A stretch of DNA of 64,000 nt from Ignavibacteriales bacterium (lineage in GTDB: Bacteria; Bacteroidota; Ignavibacteria; UBA10030): NCBI GenBank assembly GCA_026390575.1, contig JAPLFR010000006.1, positions 203,567 through 267,566 of the forward strand. Direction: 5' to 3'. Below, piece by piece: positions 39,541 to 49,266 of the stretch. The first letter of the stretch is position 1. Each line of letters begins with the position of its first letter. Below the pieces are notes generated by a model, which was given only the letters and a program-made list of their open reading frames with translations, ran no database searches and was not told the origin of the DNA. Made by a program: the position numbers and the translations under genes.

Positions 39541-39783
39541 TTATTTTAAATGACCACTAATAAACTTTACTGCATCAACTACAGTTTGAATTTGAAGAGC
39601 TTTATCCTCTTCCATTTCAATCCCAAATTCTTGTTCAAATCCTGCAATGAGTGCAACGCTTTGCATCGAGTCTGCACCAAGGTCAAAAATGAAATTTGCA
39701 TTATCGTCAATGGTTGATTTATCTATTTTCAACACCTGAGCAACGACTTTCTTAACACGAGCCATTATTTCACTAGATTCCAT
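39541..39783 (-). CDS. Acyl carrier protein
   Basis: 80 aa, acidic four-helix pattern. Phosphopantetheine site DLGADSMQSVALIAGFEQEFGIEME (DSL-type Ser). It lies 18 nt downstream of the NagB-like::LmbE gene region and 17 nt upstream of the acyl-CoA synthetase gene. Confidence 0.6.
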   Translation of the reverse strand: MESSEIMARVKKVVAQVLKIDKSTIDDNANFIFDLGADSMQSVALIAGFEQEFGIEMEEDKALQIQTVVDAVKFISGHLK

Positions 39784-39858
39784 AGATCTCTCCTATTAGT
39801 TTATTGTTACAACCAATTATTTTAGCCAAAAAAAAGTTCCAACTCTTCTTCCGTAAAT

Positions 39859-42213
39859 TTACTCGACTGACTCCGTTACTTGCTTCAATTCTCTTACCTT
39901 CTGATAGAAATTCGTAAGTTCCATATCCTTCAGAAAAATTAATCCCCGCGCTGCCCGCAATCGTGGATGCGGATGTTTCTGGAAATAATCTTTGCCTAAG
40001 CATGTTTTAATCATATTATATTGTTTTACCATTATTTTTTGCGCGAGTTCAGAGAAAGGCCCATCATGTTCATGACTTGGAAACGATGCTGCACTTTGAG
40101 AACCAAAACAATTCATAAATGCCGTATGCATCAAAGATAAAGTATTCAGCGATGCCGGAATAATAACATCTGCTTCAGCCGGTTTGAATCTGTACCACAC
40201 ATTTCGATATCCCCAAATTCTCATAGAAGAATCGCCGCTTTTTTTCTGGTACATTCTCAATGCCTCTGCGATTGCCATTAATACTTTGTAATGTGTATCT
40301 GGACCACTGCCTTCCGGATCGAATGCTACTGTTACAATATTCGGTTTTATACTTTTCATTAAATCATAGATCGGCAGAACATCTCGGCTTATTTCCGGTT
40401 CTTCTGAAAATATGTTTCCACGATAAAAGCCAAGACGTAAAGGATGAATTGCCGATGGCTCGATACCGAAGTAAGCCCATAACAACTCGACTTCCCATTC
40501 GCGCAGCATTCCTTTCAGTGTTTGAATATCCGGTGGATCCTTGGCACCAGGATATTGTGCATGCAAGTATTCCTCTAAGTTGTGCGCACGACGTCGAAGA
40601 GATTTGATGTCCGATATTCCATATACCTCAATAAAATTTCGTAACATTCGCCTTGCTTCTGCTTCATCTTTACGTTCTTGAATATGACCAGCTGTGCCGT
40701 CAAGAAATAAATACATATCTTCAATTCGTGTCGATTGATCTTTTGGATTGAAATACCCATCTGCAAGTAATGAAACAAATTCGTCTTGCTCTAAATAATG
40801 ACTAAGCTTCTTAACGACTGAAAGGAAGTACGAATTAGAAACCGAAGTGAATCCAGATGTAAGATTTGCAAAAATGTGGTGATTACTGGGATCCCGGACC
40901 AAATGATAAAGATACGGCAGATATCCAAGCATTATATCGTCATGATGTGGTTCAGTATGGAAAAAAGTAGTTTTTGTAACAGGTTGAAGCCCTTTTTCTA
41001 TTTTTTTAATTAATCGTGTCTTTGCACCAGACGTAAGATCACTGAATGGACAACCAGTACGATGAAGAAGTTCTGAACCACAGCGGTTTTCTTTGAAATC
41101 ATTTTCGTTTAGCTCTTTGAGTTGTTTCTTGCAAGCAAGAGCGAGTGAGATCACTATATCATCAGCTAACTCGTCCTCGATTTTTTTTCGCTGAGCAATT
41201 TTTATGAAGCGGCGTTCAGTCAATAGACTCGCTGCTCCTTTTGAAAGATAGAACCTTCCATATTCTAAATCTTGCAGTACAGTTGCCGGATACTGAGGAT
41301 TCTTTTCTTTTTCAATTGCCTGCCTGACAATTTTTGCCTTTGCATCTCCAGCGGCAATAATGATTGCTGTCACATCAGTATTGTAAGTGATCGTCGCAAG
41401 ACCAATTGTTATTACCAGTCTACTACGTGAGACTTCAATGCCCCCAAGGTCCGTCGCCGCTGCAGCTTGCGTTTCATAATTCGTACCTGTGAGACGTGTT
41501 ACGGAATAAAAACTCGATCCACGAACATTGAAAGCAATGTGTCCATCCGGACCTATGCCGCCCAAGAAAAATCCAATGCCGCCTAATTCGCGAATTTTCC
41601 GTTCATATTCCATACAAAACCAATCAACGCGATTTATTGTATCTCGTTGTAGATATTCTAACTCAGTACGCATCTGTCGAACACGGAGTGAAAGGTCGAC
41701 AATACTGTCTGGAAAAACCTCATCCATAGTTTTCCCGGGCGGTAATCCTAGCGAGGTTGCATCTATTAAAAGTGCTTTTTCAGGAGAAAGTCCAAAACCT
41801 TTTATATAGAATTCACGGACATAATGATTGAAGCTATTGTGTTGTTTTGAATCCATCGGGAAAAATTCATCAATTTGAACAAACGAAAGACTGCGCATAT
41901 TAGGTCGCTTCGATCCATCTATGCCATACTCATTAAGTATCGATTGAATTTCTTTTGTCTCCCATCGCTCTAAGATACGATTCACCCATTTGATAAAATG
42001 TTCAGGAGTTTTACCTGTCGGCAGTGATATAACCCCGCCGGGATTCTTCAATACCCATTCGATAAACCGGAATGCAGTCAGCTTGCCAAGTAATGGAAAA
42101 TTGTCGACTTCGATAATCCGAATTTTTTCTGTCGGAGAATACTGGTACTCTCTGCCGCTTCGAGCCAATTCTACTGCTTCAACAGCAGATGTCCCGTCGT
42201 AAGTCTTTATCAT
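39859..42213 (-). CDS. Fusion protein: N-terminal NagB-like (glucosamine-6-P isomerase family) domain + C-terminal PIG-L/LmbE-type zinc deacetylase domain
   Basis: 784 aa. The N-terminal third carries the NagB-family loop [25 protein letters not shown]. The C-terminal region carries FFHTEPHHDDIMLGYLPYL, which matches the LmbE/PIG-L metal-binding motif ([AP]HPDDE...G). Candidate GlcNAc-6-P deacetylase, as no nagA is present in the locus. ORF 39773..40003 overlapping its 3' end is spurious. Confidence 0.65.
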   Translation of the reverse strand: MIKTYDGTSAVEAVELARSGREYQYSPTEKIRIIEVDNFPLLGKLTAFRFIEWVLKNPGGVISLPTGKTPEHFIKWVNRILERWETKEIQSILNEYGIDGSKRPNMRSLSFVQIDEFFPMDSKQHNSFNHYVREFYIKGFGLSPEKALLIDATSLGLPPGKTMDEVFPDSIVDLSLRVRQMRTELEYLQRDTINRVDWFCMEYERKIRELGGIGFFLGGIGPDGHIAFNVRGSSFYSVTRLTGTNYETQAAAATDLGGIEVSRSRLVITIGLATITYNTDVTAIIIAAGDAKAKIVRQAIEKEKNPQYPATVLQDLEYGRFYLSKGAASLLTERRFIKIAQRKKIEDELADDIVISLALACKKQLKELNENDFKENRCGSELLHRTGCPFSDLTSGAKTRLIKKIEKGLQPVTKTTFFHTEPHHDDIMLGYLPYLYHLVRDPSNHHIFANLTSGFTSVSNSYFLSVVKKLSHYLEQDEFVSLLADGYFNPKDQSTRIEDMYLFLDGTAGHIQERKDEAEARRMLRNFIEVYGISDIKSLRRRAHNLEEYLHAQYPGAKDPPDIQTLKGMLREWEVELLWAYFGIEPSAIHPLRLGFYRGNIFSEEPEISRDVLPIYDLMKSIKPNIVTVAFDPEGSGPDTHYKVLMAIAEALRMYQKKSGDSSMRIWGYRNVWYRFKPAEADVIIPASLNTLSLMHTAFMNCFGSQSAASFPSHEHDGPFSELAQKIMVKQYNMIKTCLGKDYFQKHPHPRLRAARGLIFLKDMELTNFYQKVRELKQVTESVE

Positions 42214-42382
42214 CCTGTTGTCTCTATCCTAAAATCATTACACAAACAGTCGCCCATGTGATTTTCGTCTTTATCAAAATGATTCATTATTTCTAATCTT
42301 ATCCACAAAACTTATTTGTTAAATAAGAATTGTTTCGCCGGTAATTTTCAAATTGTACAAAGTGATCCGAGTTCCATGTAAT

Positions 42383-44176
42383 TTACTTCCCGATAGTTTC
42401 CCATCCTCGTTTATTGAGGTCGAAGTAAATAATTCCTCCAAATACGATACCTGTTGCAAGTAACATCAACCCTGTAACTGTCTCGCCGAGAATAATCTTT
42501 CCGATTCCAAAAAGGAATGAGTAAATCATTGCGACTCCGCTCAGCCAATCGACCAGGTTAAATATTCCATCTTTCGTCGGGATGACATCCGTTGCTTCTT
42601 TTGCAATCGGACCCCAGAGCAGTGGGCTTGGCCGGACACGGCGGTAAAACGACAGCAATTTTTCTTTCGGTTCAGGACCTGTAAGAAATGTGACAACGAG
42701 CCAGACGATCGTTGTGATACTCATCGTAATCAAAACAAGATAAGCAAATCCTCGTGGATCTTGGCTTGCCTGACTTAATAGACCGAATTTCCATTGTACG
42801 ATAAGCGAGGTAATTAATGCCGCTGCCATTGCAGAGACTTCACTCCACGCATTAACGCGCCACCAGAACCACCTGAGGAGAAAAACAAGTCCGGTTCCTG
42901 CTCCCAGTGCAATAAGAAAACTCCACGCACCCGAAATCGAATCCATGAAGTATGTTACCACAGCAGACAAAACCATGAGAATCATCGTACTCACTTGAGA
43001 CATAGTAACATAATGTTTTTCAGTTCCCTTTTTAACTATATAGGGCCGATAGAAATCGTTTATGAGATAGCTTGCACCCCAATTGAGTTGTGTTCCGACT
43101 GTTGACATATAGGCCGCCGCAAACGCCGCCAGCATCAGACCGCGGAGTGAGGCAGGAAGATCAGAAATAAGTATTCGGATATAACCTGATTCCGGATCGG
43201 CAGCAAAGCTGGGATCGCCTTGGAATCGTACGACTGCAACAAGTGCAACAAGAATCCATGGCCACGGACGAATTGCAAAATGAGCAATATTAAACCAGAG
43301 TGTGGCAAGTAAAGAATTTTTCTCATCTTTCGCACAGAAGATACGTTGTGCGATATACCCACCGCCTCCCGGTTCTGCACCAGGATACCACGATGCCCAC
43401 CAATTCACTGATACATAAACTATAAATGTTATCATAGGCATCCATGATGAATTAAGGTCAGGTATAAACGAGAGGATCGATCCCGATCCCTGGCGGTTTG
43501 CATCGATTGCATGAAGCTTTCCTAAAAGGATGTCCATCCCTCCAGATGCTTGAACAGCACAAATTGCCAGAACAATTACCATACCCATTTTAAGTACAAA
43601 CTGGAAGAGGTCGGTTACTAATACACCCCAGAGGCCAGAGAGCGTGGATATGGAAGCGGTGATGAGCATGATTCCAAGAGCGATCATGAGTGCTTCTATA
43701 CGGGAGACACCCAGTACGAGCATCATGATTTTGACGATTGCTAAATTCACCCATCCCAGAATAATAAGATTGACCGGAAGTCCCATATATAACGCACGAA
43801 AACCACGGAGGAAGCTTGCAGGTTTCCCGTGGTATCGAATCTGCGCAAACTCGACGTCGGTAAGAACATTCGCCCTCCGCCACAGCCGCGCATAAAAAAA
43901 GACGGTCATCATTCCGCTGAAGAGCATGCTCCACCAGAACCAGTTCCCCGCAATTCCATTTCGGGCAACAATTCCAGTAACGGCCAGTGGAGTATCGGCT
44001 GCAAATGTTGTTGCAACCATCGATGTGCCTGCGAGCCACCAAGAGACATTGCGACCCGAGACAAAATAATCGCTAACACTTTTTGTTGCTCGTTTTCGAT
44101 AATATAAACCGACGCCAAGATTCAAACCGAAATAGAGCGCGATGACGATCCAGTCAACAAGTGTAAGTACCATCAC
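42383..44176 (-). CDS. Sodium:solute symporter (SSS family) transporter
   Basis: 597 aa, ~14 TMs. N-terminal DYFVSGRNVSWWLAGTSMVATTFAADTPLAVTG matches the SSS signature region. Located inside the chitin locus, so a probable GlcNAc or GlcN importer (inference). Confidence 0.75.
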   Translation of the reverse strand: MMVLTLVDWIVIALYFGLNLGVGLYYRKRATKSVSDYFVSGRNVSWWLAGTSMVATTFAADTPLAVTGIVARNGIAGNWFWWSMLFSGMMTVFFYARLWRRANVLTDVEFAQIRYHGKPASFLRGFRALYMGLPVNLIILGWVNLAIVKIMMLVLGVSRIEALMIALGIMLITASISTLSGLWGVLVTDLFQFVLKMGMVIVLAICAVQASGGMDILLGKLHAIDANRQGSGSILSFIPDLNSSWMPMITFIVYVSVNWWASWYPGAEPGGGGYIAQRIFCAKDEKNSLLATLWFNIAHFAIRPWPWILVALVAVVRFQGDPSFAADPESGYIRILISDLPASLRGLMLAAFAAAYMSTVGTQLNWGASYLINDFYRPYIVKKGTEKHYVTMSQVSTMILMVLSAVVTYFMDSISGAWSFLIALGAGTGLVFLLRWFWWRVNAWSEVSAMAAALITSLIVQWKFGLLSQASQDPRGFAYLVLITMSITTIVWLVVTFLTGPEPKEKLLSFYRRVRPSPLLWGPIAKEATDVIPTKDGIFNLVDWLSGVAMIYSFLFGIGKIILGETVTGLMLLATGIVFGGIIYFDLNKRGWETIGK

Positions 44177-44285
44177 GATTCTCTTCTTTAGTAATAATAG
44201 ATAATAAAATTCTGCGATTGTACATGATTTACCACTAAATTAAATTGGTGATATACTATTGAAAAATATTGATACTTCACCATTT

Positions 44286-46685
44286 CTATCTTCCCATAGT
44301 TACGACAACTTCATGAACCGTTCCAGTTTTCTGAGGTGGAATTGGACATGACGTGATTTTCCCATTGAGTGTGACGGATTTTATTCCTCTTTGCACTCCT
44401 TGAGGATTCTTGACCTTGATTGTGAAGATTGCACCGCGCCACCTCCGAACGACTTCAAATTCTTTCCACTCTGATGGGATGCAAGGATCAATGACAAGTC
44501 CTTCAAATGCAAACCGTATTCCGAGAATATATTTCGTCACAGCAGTATAGTTCCATCCTCCGCTTCCGGTCAACCATGGATGCCGCGCGCGACCATATGC
44601 CGTATGATCCCTGCCCATAATAAATTGACAATAGGAATACGGTTCGGCTTCACGTATTTCGATCATCTCGTTCTGATTGTACGGAAGAAGATCGTTATAG
44701 AGTTTCATCGCAAGGTTGCCGCGGCCAAGTTTACATTCTGCGATTATAGCCCACGGATTCGGATGGCTGAAGATAGCACCGTTCTCTTTAATACCGCGAT
44801 AGACACGTGTTACGTAACCGATGTCATCGTTCGGTTTCGTGTAGGTAGGCCAGTTGAGATGAATACCGTACGGTGACGCAAGATATTTATGCACGGAATC
44901 CATCGCGCTGATTCCTCGTTCGGGCGAAGCGGCTTCAGACATCACTGCCCAACTATTGCTCTCTAAAAAGATCTTGCCTTCTTCGTTTTCCTTAGACCCG
45001 ACTTTCACACCGGCTCTGGTTACACCGCGGCTGTACCATTCTCCATCCCACAGCTCACGTTCACATGCTTTGCGTACTTTTTCTGCGATGCTGGAATATT
45101 TTTTTACATCATCCGTTCGTTTGAGGTACTTCGCGGCAGCAATGAATTCATTCAACGCCCAGTAGTGCATAAACGACGCCATCGAGCTCTGACCGCCCCC
45201 TAAATTCAAGCAATCGTTCCAGTCAGCGCGAAGACCAAGGCAGATGCCATTGGAACCGATTTGCTCCGCTGAAAAATCAAGAGATCGCTTTAGGTGCTCA
45301 TAGACCGTCGCTTCTCCTTTATCAGCAAAGGGAATGATCTGATCGAAAAATGCCTCGTCGCCGGTTTCCTTCACATACTCACACACCGACGCGATAATCC
45401 ATAACGCATCGTCGGAGCAAACATCTTCCATTCCATGAATTATATCCGCTGCGCTCGGAGTCGGCACGACGGTTGGCAATTTCACACCGGGAAGCTTTTG
45501 CTCTCGAGGTTTAAACACTTCAGGATCAAAAAGATGCAAGCCATACCCACGGCTCACCTGACCATGAAGAAGTTCTTCCATTCGTTCTCGGCATTTATCA
45601 GGATTGGTGTGAGGAACAGCCATAACATCTTGCGATGTATCACGATATCCAAGACCTGTGCGACCTCCTACTTCAATAAAGGATGCAAAGCGAGACCAGA
45701 CAACGCAAGTTTCTGCCTGCAAAAGTGTCCACGTGTTGATCATCGTGTCCAAACCTTTGTTCGGTGTTTTGCATTGAAAGACTTCGAGCTTCTTCTGCCA
45801 GTATGTTTTCAAATCTGCAAACGCTTGATCAACATTTTTTATATTTGAATATTTCTTTTGTATTTCTTTCCCCTGTGCCCGATTGCCAACTCCTAACATA
45901 AACAGGATACGCGATTCTTCACCTGCCTTCAGGATCAATCGTTTATGCAGAGAGCCACAATGGTTACCGCCAAGCTCTGAGGTGTTGCCACAAGATCCTT
46001 TTTCGACCGCAATTGGATTTGATTCTGTACGATAATTTCCAAGGAACCTATCCCTCAGGCAATCATAGGAATCGGGTTGAACATTCGAAGCAAAATAATG
46101 AAACGTCCACGGTTCATAGAAGAAATCGTACTCTATAATTCCATCGGCATAGCTGGAACCACTAGCGTACAACGACATTTGAAGATTCTGATTATCGATC
46201 TCAATATGATGATAGGAAAATTCACAGTAAGAAAATATTGAGAGCTTCCGCGGTTTACCGCTGGTGTTCTTTAACTTCACATCCCACAATTCAACATCAT
46301 CAAGAATAGGAATAAACAATGTTTGTTCTGCTTGAATACCTTGATATTCGCATCGGTATTTCGAATATGACAAGCCATGTCGGCATTCATATTTCGCTTT
46401 TGTCAGATCTTTACCGACCGGCTGCCAGGAGATTGACCAATACTCTCCTGTTTCATCGTCACGGATGTAGACATAATGTCCCGGACGATCTAGAGGAACA
46501 CCGTTTTGTCGGAAGCGGGTTATCCGATGATGTTCTGCACTCTTATAGAATGAATATCCGCCAGCATTGTGTGAAATAACGGTACAGAGGTCTTTCACAC
46601 CAATATAATTTGTCCAAGATACAGGAACATCTGGGCGATCAATAACATATTCACGATGTTCATCATCAAAATATCCGTAATGCAT
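44286..46685 (-). CDS. GH94 disaccharide phosphorylase (N,N'-diacetylchitobiose/cellobiose phosphorylase type)
   Basis: 799 aa, the size of GH94 enzymes. The N-terminus MHYGYFDDEHREYVIDRPDVPVSWTNYIG mirrors the MKYGYFD...REYVITRPD.P.PWTNYLG start of chitobiose/cellobiose phosphorylases. (alpha/alpha)6 catalytic region. No signal peptide (cytoplasmic). Confidence 0.65.
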   Translation of the reverse strand: MHYGYFDDEHREYVIDRPDVPVSWTNYIGVKDLCTVISHNAGGYSFYKSAEHHRITRFRQNGVPLDRPGHYVYIRDDETGEYWSISWQPVGKDLTKAKYECRHGLSYSKYRCEYQGIQAEQTLFIPILDDVELWDVKLKNTSGKPRKLSIFSYCEFSYHHIEIDNQNLQMSLYASGSSYADGIIEYDFFYEPWTFHYFASNVQPDSYDCLRDRFLGNYRTESNPIAVEKGSCGNTSELGGNHCGSLHKRLILKAGEESRILFMLGVGNRAQGKEIQKKYSNIKNVDQAFADLKTYWQKKLEVFQCKTPNKGLDTMINTWTLLQAETCVVWSRFASFIEVGGRTGLGYRDTSQDVMAVPHTNPDKCRERMEELLHGQVSRGYGLHLFDPEVFKPREQKLPGVKLPTVVPTPSAADIIHGMEDVCSDDALWIIASVCEYVKETGDEAFFDQIIPFADKGEATVYEHLKRSLDFSAEQIGSNGICLGLRADWNDCLNLGGGQSSMASFMHYWALNEFIAAAKYLKRTDDVKKYSSIAEKVRKACERELWDGEWYSRGVTRAGVKVGSKENEEGKIFLESNSWAVMSEAASPERGISAMDSVHKYLASPYGIHLNWPTYTKPNDDIGYVTRVYRGIKENGAIFSHPNPWAIIAECKLGRGNLAMKLYNDLLPYNQNEMIEIREAEPYSYCQFIMGRDHTAYGRARHPWLTGSGGWNYTAVTKYILGIRFAFEGLVIDPCIPSEWKEFEVVRRWRGAIFTIKVKNPQGVQRGIKSVTLNGKITSCPIPPQKTGTVHEVVVTMGR

Positions 46686-46717
46686 AAGAGTTTCCTTATT
46701 TTCTATGAATCAGAAGA

Positions 46718-47911
46718 TCATTTTTTAAATGAGGTATTGAACTTTTGATAGATAACATTTAATAATGGTGTTGTACCATCAGGTAAATAGTCGCCAGTAA
46801 TTTCCCAAATAATAAGTCCGCATATTTTATTATCCACAACATATTGAGCTTTGTATCCCATCGACTCTTCGTCATCATAAGAAACAAGCGTGTTCCAGGA
46901 TGGGCTAATGAGATATGGTGCCTTGGCGCGGTCATCCCACTTTCTCGCAAACTTATCTAGAGATTGAACTATATCGTAATAAAAACAACCTTTCGGTGAG
47001 AAGTGCTCCACATCTGCCCCTTTATGTGATGTGTAAAGCGCTGTACATTCACGATAGGTGTGTGCATAAAATGGAACTCCAAGATTTACTTTTGATCTAG
47101 GTACCTTAAACGTTTCTGTGTAAAGTTTGAGTGATGCATCGATATTTCGCAAGGAATCATCAGTTCGTGGCGCATAGAGTGGTGCGTTGTGGCCGCTTAA
47201 CGAATCCCATTCGCCATTTAAATCATAAGTCATAATATTGAGCATATCAAGAATCTGAGCGACTTGTTCCATTTCAAAGTTCATCGCTCCAGAATTTGTT
47301 GCCGGAAGCGCAGCAGTAAGCAGATAATGCCTGTCGTTTATTTTTCCATAAGCATCCAGACTTTCCCTCGTGGCTCTCAAGAGTTTTGTGAAATTCTCCT
47401 TATCCTGTGGCGTGCCTTTATGATCGGCAAGGCAAGGAAATTCCCAATCAATATCAATTCCATCAAATCCATATTTCTGAATGACTTCAACACAAGAATG
47501 AGCAAACGCTTGTCGTGTGTTTTCTGTCGATGATACTTTGGGAAAGTTGTCTGAATCTTCCCAACCACCAAGAGAGACCATTACTTTAACACCATGTTGA
47601 TGTGCAAGATCAATTAATCCTGTGTTGGGTAAATACTTTCCGGTGTTCTCATCTTTTTTCTCCAAGAGCAACATTTGATCGCCCTTGGGATCCTTTCCTA
47701 TAATCTTCTTACCGTCTGCAGATGGATAGAAAAAAGCATAATTGATTATGGTAAGTTTTTCATAGGGAATTTTATCGGGCGTCAACAACCAATGTGCACG
47801 ATTCCATTTCCAAGATGGATAGTAGCCTATGATTTGTTTTTTCTGACTCATTGAAGGTAGAGATATCAACGATATTATCAATAGACAAAAGCATGTCCGG
47901 ACGATTTTCAT
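46718..47911 (-). CDS. GH18 chitinase (secreted)
   Basis: 397 aa. Signal peptide. GH18 motifs SLGGWEDS and the catalytic FDGIDIDWEFP (DxxDxDxE). Downstream MTYDLNGEWD. Confidence 0.8.
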   Translation of the reverse strand: MKIVRTCFCLLIISLISLPSMSQKKQIIGYYPSWKWNRAHWLLTPDKIPYEKLTIINYAFFYPSADGKKIIGKDPKGDQMLLLEKKDENTGKYLPNTGLIDLAHQHGVKVMVSLGGWEDSDNFPKVSSTENTRQAFAHSCVEVIQKYGFDGIDIDWEFPCLADHKGTPQDKENFTKLLRATRESLDAYGKINDRHYLLTAALPATNSGAMNFEMEQVAQILDMLNIMTYDLNGEWDSLSGHNAPLYAPRTDDSLRNIDASLKLYTETFKVPRSKVNLGVPFYAHTYRECTALYTSHKGADVEHFSPKGCFYYDIVQSLDKFARKWDDRAKAPYLISPSWNTLVSYDDEESMGYKAQYVVDNKICGLIIWEITGDYLPDGTTPLLNVIYQKFNTSFKK

Positions 47912-47929
47912 TTTTAGCTTACCTTCTTA

Positions 47930-49219
47930 TTAAACAGTTTTATTTACTACTTCATCATCTTCCGTTTTTCGGAATGGCACCAACCATGTCACTAGGAACG
48001 ATGGAATAGTTGCAATCATAACCCAAATAAAGAAATCCCTATACCCCAGGAAATCGCTCACAAAACCACTGACCATCGACGGAATCAAAAAGCCAAACTG
48101 CATCAATGATGTCGCAAATGCATAGTGAGCCATTTTATATTTTCCAGGAGCGATTTGTTGCATCATATACAATGTAAGTCCGACAAAACCAAAACCATAT
48201 CCAAAATACTCAAAAACGACAAGTGCAGTAATCACTACAAAACTTGTCGGTTGATAAATTGCTAATATTGTATAGGCAAGGAATGGAATATTAAAAAAGG
48301 CGCATAACACGATTAACGCCTTGCGCAAACCACGATTTGCTGTAAAATATCCCGATAAAACTGATCCAAGGATAAATGCTAGTGGTGGTAAAAAACCGTA
48401 AAGCATACCAATATCTTCTGTCGATAGTCCGAGACCTCCCTGATCCCGTGCTGCCCGCATGAAGAGAGGAAATATTCTGATTGCCTGTCCTTCCGCAAAA
48501 CGATAAAGGATCAGAAATACAATCCCCCAAATGATATATTTTTTTTGAAAAAACGTAACAACAACATCCCAGAATGTAACCATTGATTCCTTTACGCTTT
48601 TTACCTGAGTTGCTTGCCCTCCAGAAGGGAGAAAATACCAATGATAGATGCTCATCATTAGAAGAATCGCGCCAAAGCCGCTCATAACAATTGTCCAGGC
48701 AGGAATAACACCTATACTTTTTTCTAGCCGACCAGCAATATAGACAAATGCACCTTGTGAAAGTACTTTACCTACATTATAAAAAGCTCCCTGCCACCCC
48801 ACATATTGAGCTTGTTCCTTTGAAGTTAAAACGTTGATATAGACACCGTCTGCTGCAGTATCATGAATTGCAGAATTGATTGCGATAATTCCGAAAAGAA
48901 TAATTGTCCAGGTAAAATAATCCGGAAGATGAAGCGAGAGTGCAAGCAATCCGAATGAAACACCGCCGAGAAATTGTGTTGCTAAAACAAAATGTTTTTT
49001 TGTCTTAAACATCTCAAGCAACGGTCCCCACAGTGGTTTTAATGCCCAAGGGAAAGCAACAAGACTTGTGAAAAATGCAATTCGTGCATCGGCAATACCA
49101 AGACTTTTGTACATTAAAACTGCAACAACATTAACTACGACAAACGGTAATCCCTCGGCAGTATAGAGGGTTGGAACCCAGAGAGCAGGGTGCGTCTTCT
49201 TAATTTCTTTCAAAGCCAT
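47930..49219 (-). CDS. AmpG-family MFS permease (likely chitooligosaccharide/GlcNAc-oligomer importer)
   Basis: 429 aa, 12 TMs. AmpG signature LYTAEGLPFVVVNVVAVLMYKSLGIADARIAFFTSLVAFPWALKPLWGPLLEMF. Confidence 0.65.
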   Translation of the reverse strand: MALKEIKKTHPALWVPTLYTAEGLPFVVVNVVAVLMYKSLGIADARIAFFTSLVAFPWALKPLWGPLLEMFKTKKHFVLATQFLGGVSFGLLALSLHLPDYFTWTIILFGIIAINSAIHDTAADGVYINVLTSKEQAQYVGWQGAFYNVGKVLSQGAFVYIAGRLEKSIGVIPAWTIVMSGFGAILLMMSIYHWYFLPSGGQATQVKSVKESMVTFWDVVVTFFQKKYIIWGIVFLILYRFAEGQAIRIFPLFMRAARDQGGLGLSTEDIGMLYGFLPPLAFILGSVLSGYFTANRGLRKALIVLCAFFNIPFLAYTILAIYQPTSFVVITALVVFEYFGYGFGFVGLTLYMMQQIAPGKYKMAHYAFATSLMQFGFLIPSMVSGFVSDFLGYRDFFIWVMIATIPSFLVTWLVPFRKTEDDEVVNKTV

Positions 49220-49266
49220 TATAAAGATCCCTTCATTCAGTTAATTCCAAAGTATTAAATATCTTT

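Noticed and set aside
39773-40003. 76-aa ORF overlapping the 3' end of the NagB-like::LmbE gene
   Set aside because: It lies entirely within or overlaps a strongly supported 784-aa gene in another frame. It has no motifs, no RBS context, and unusual composition.
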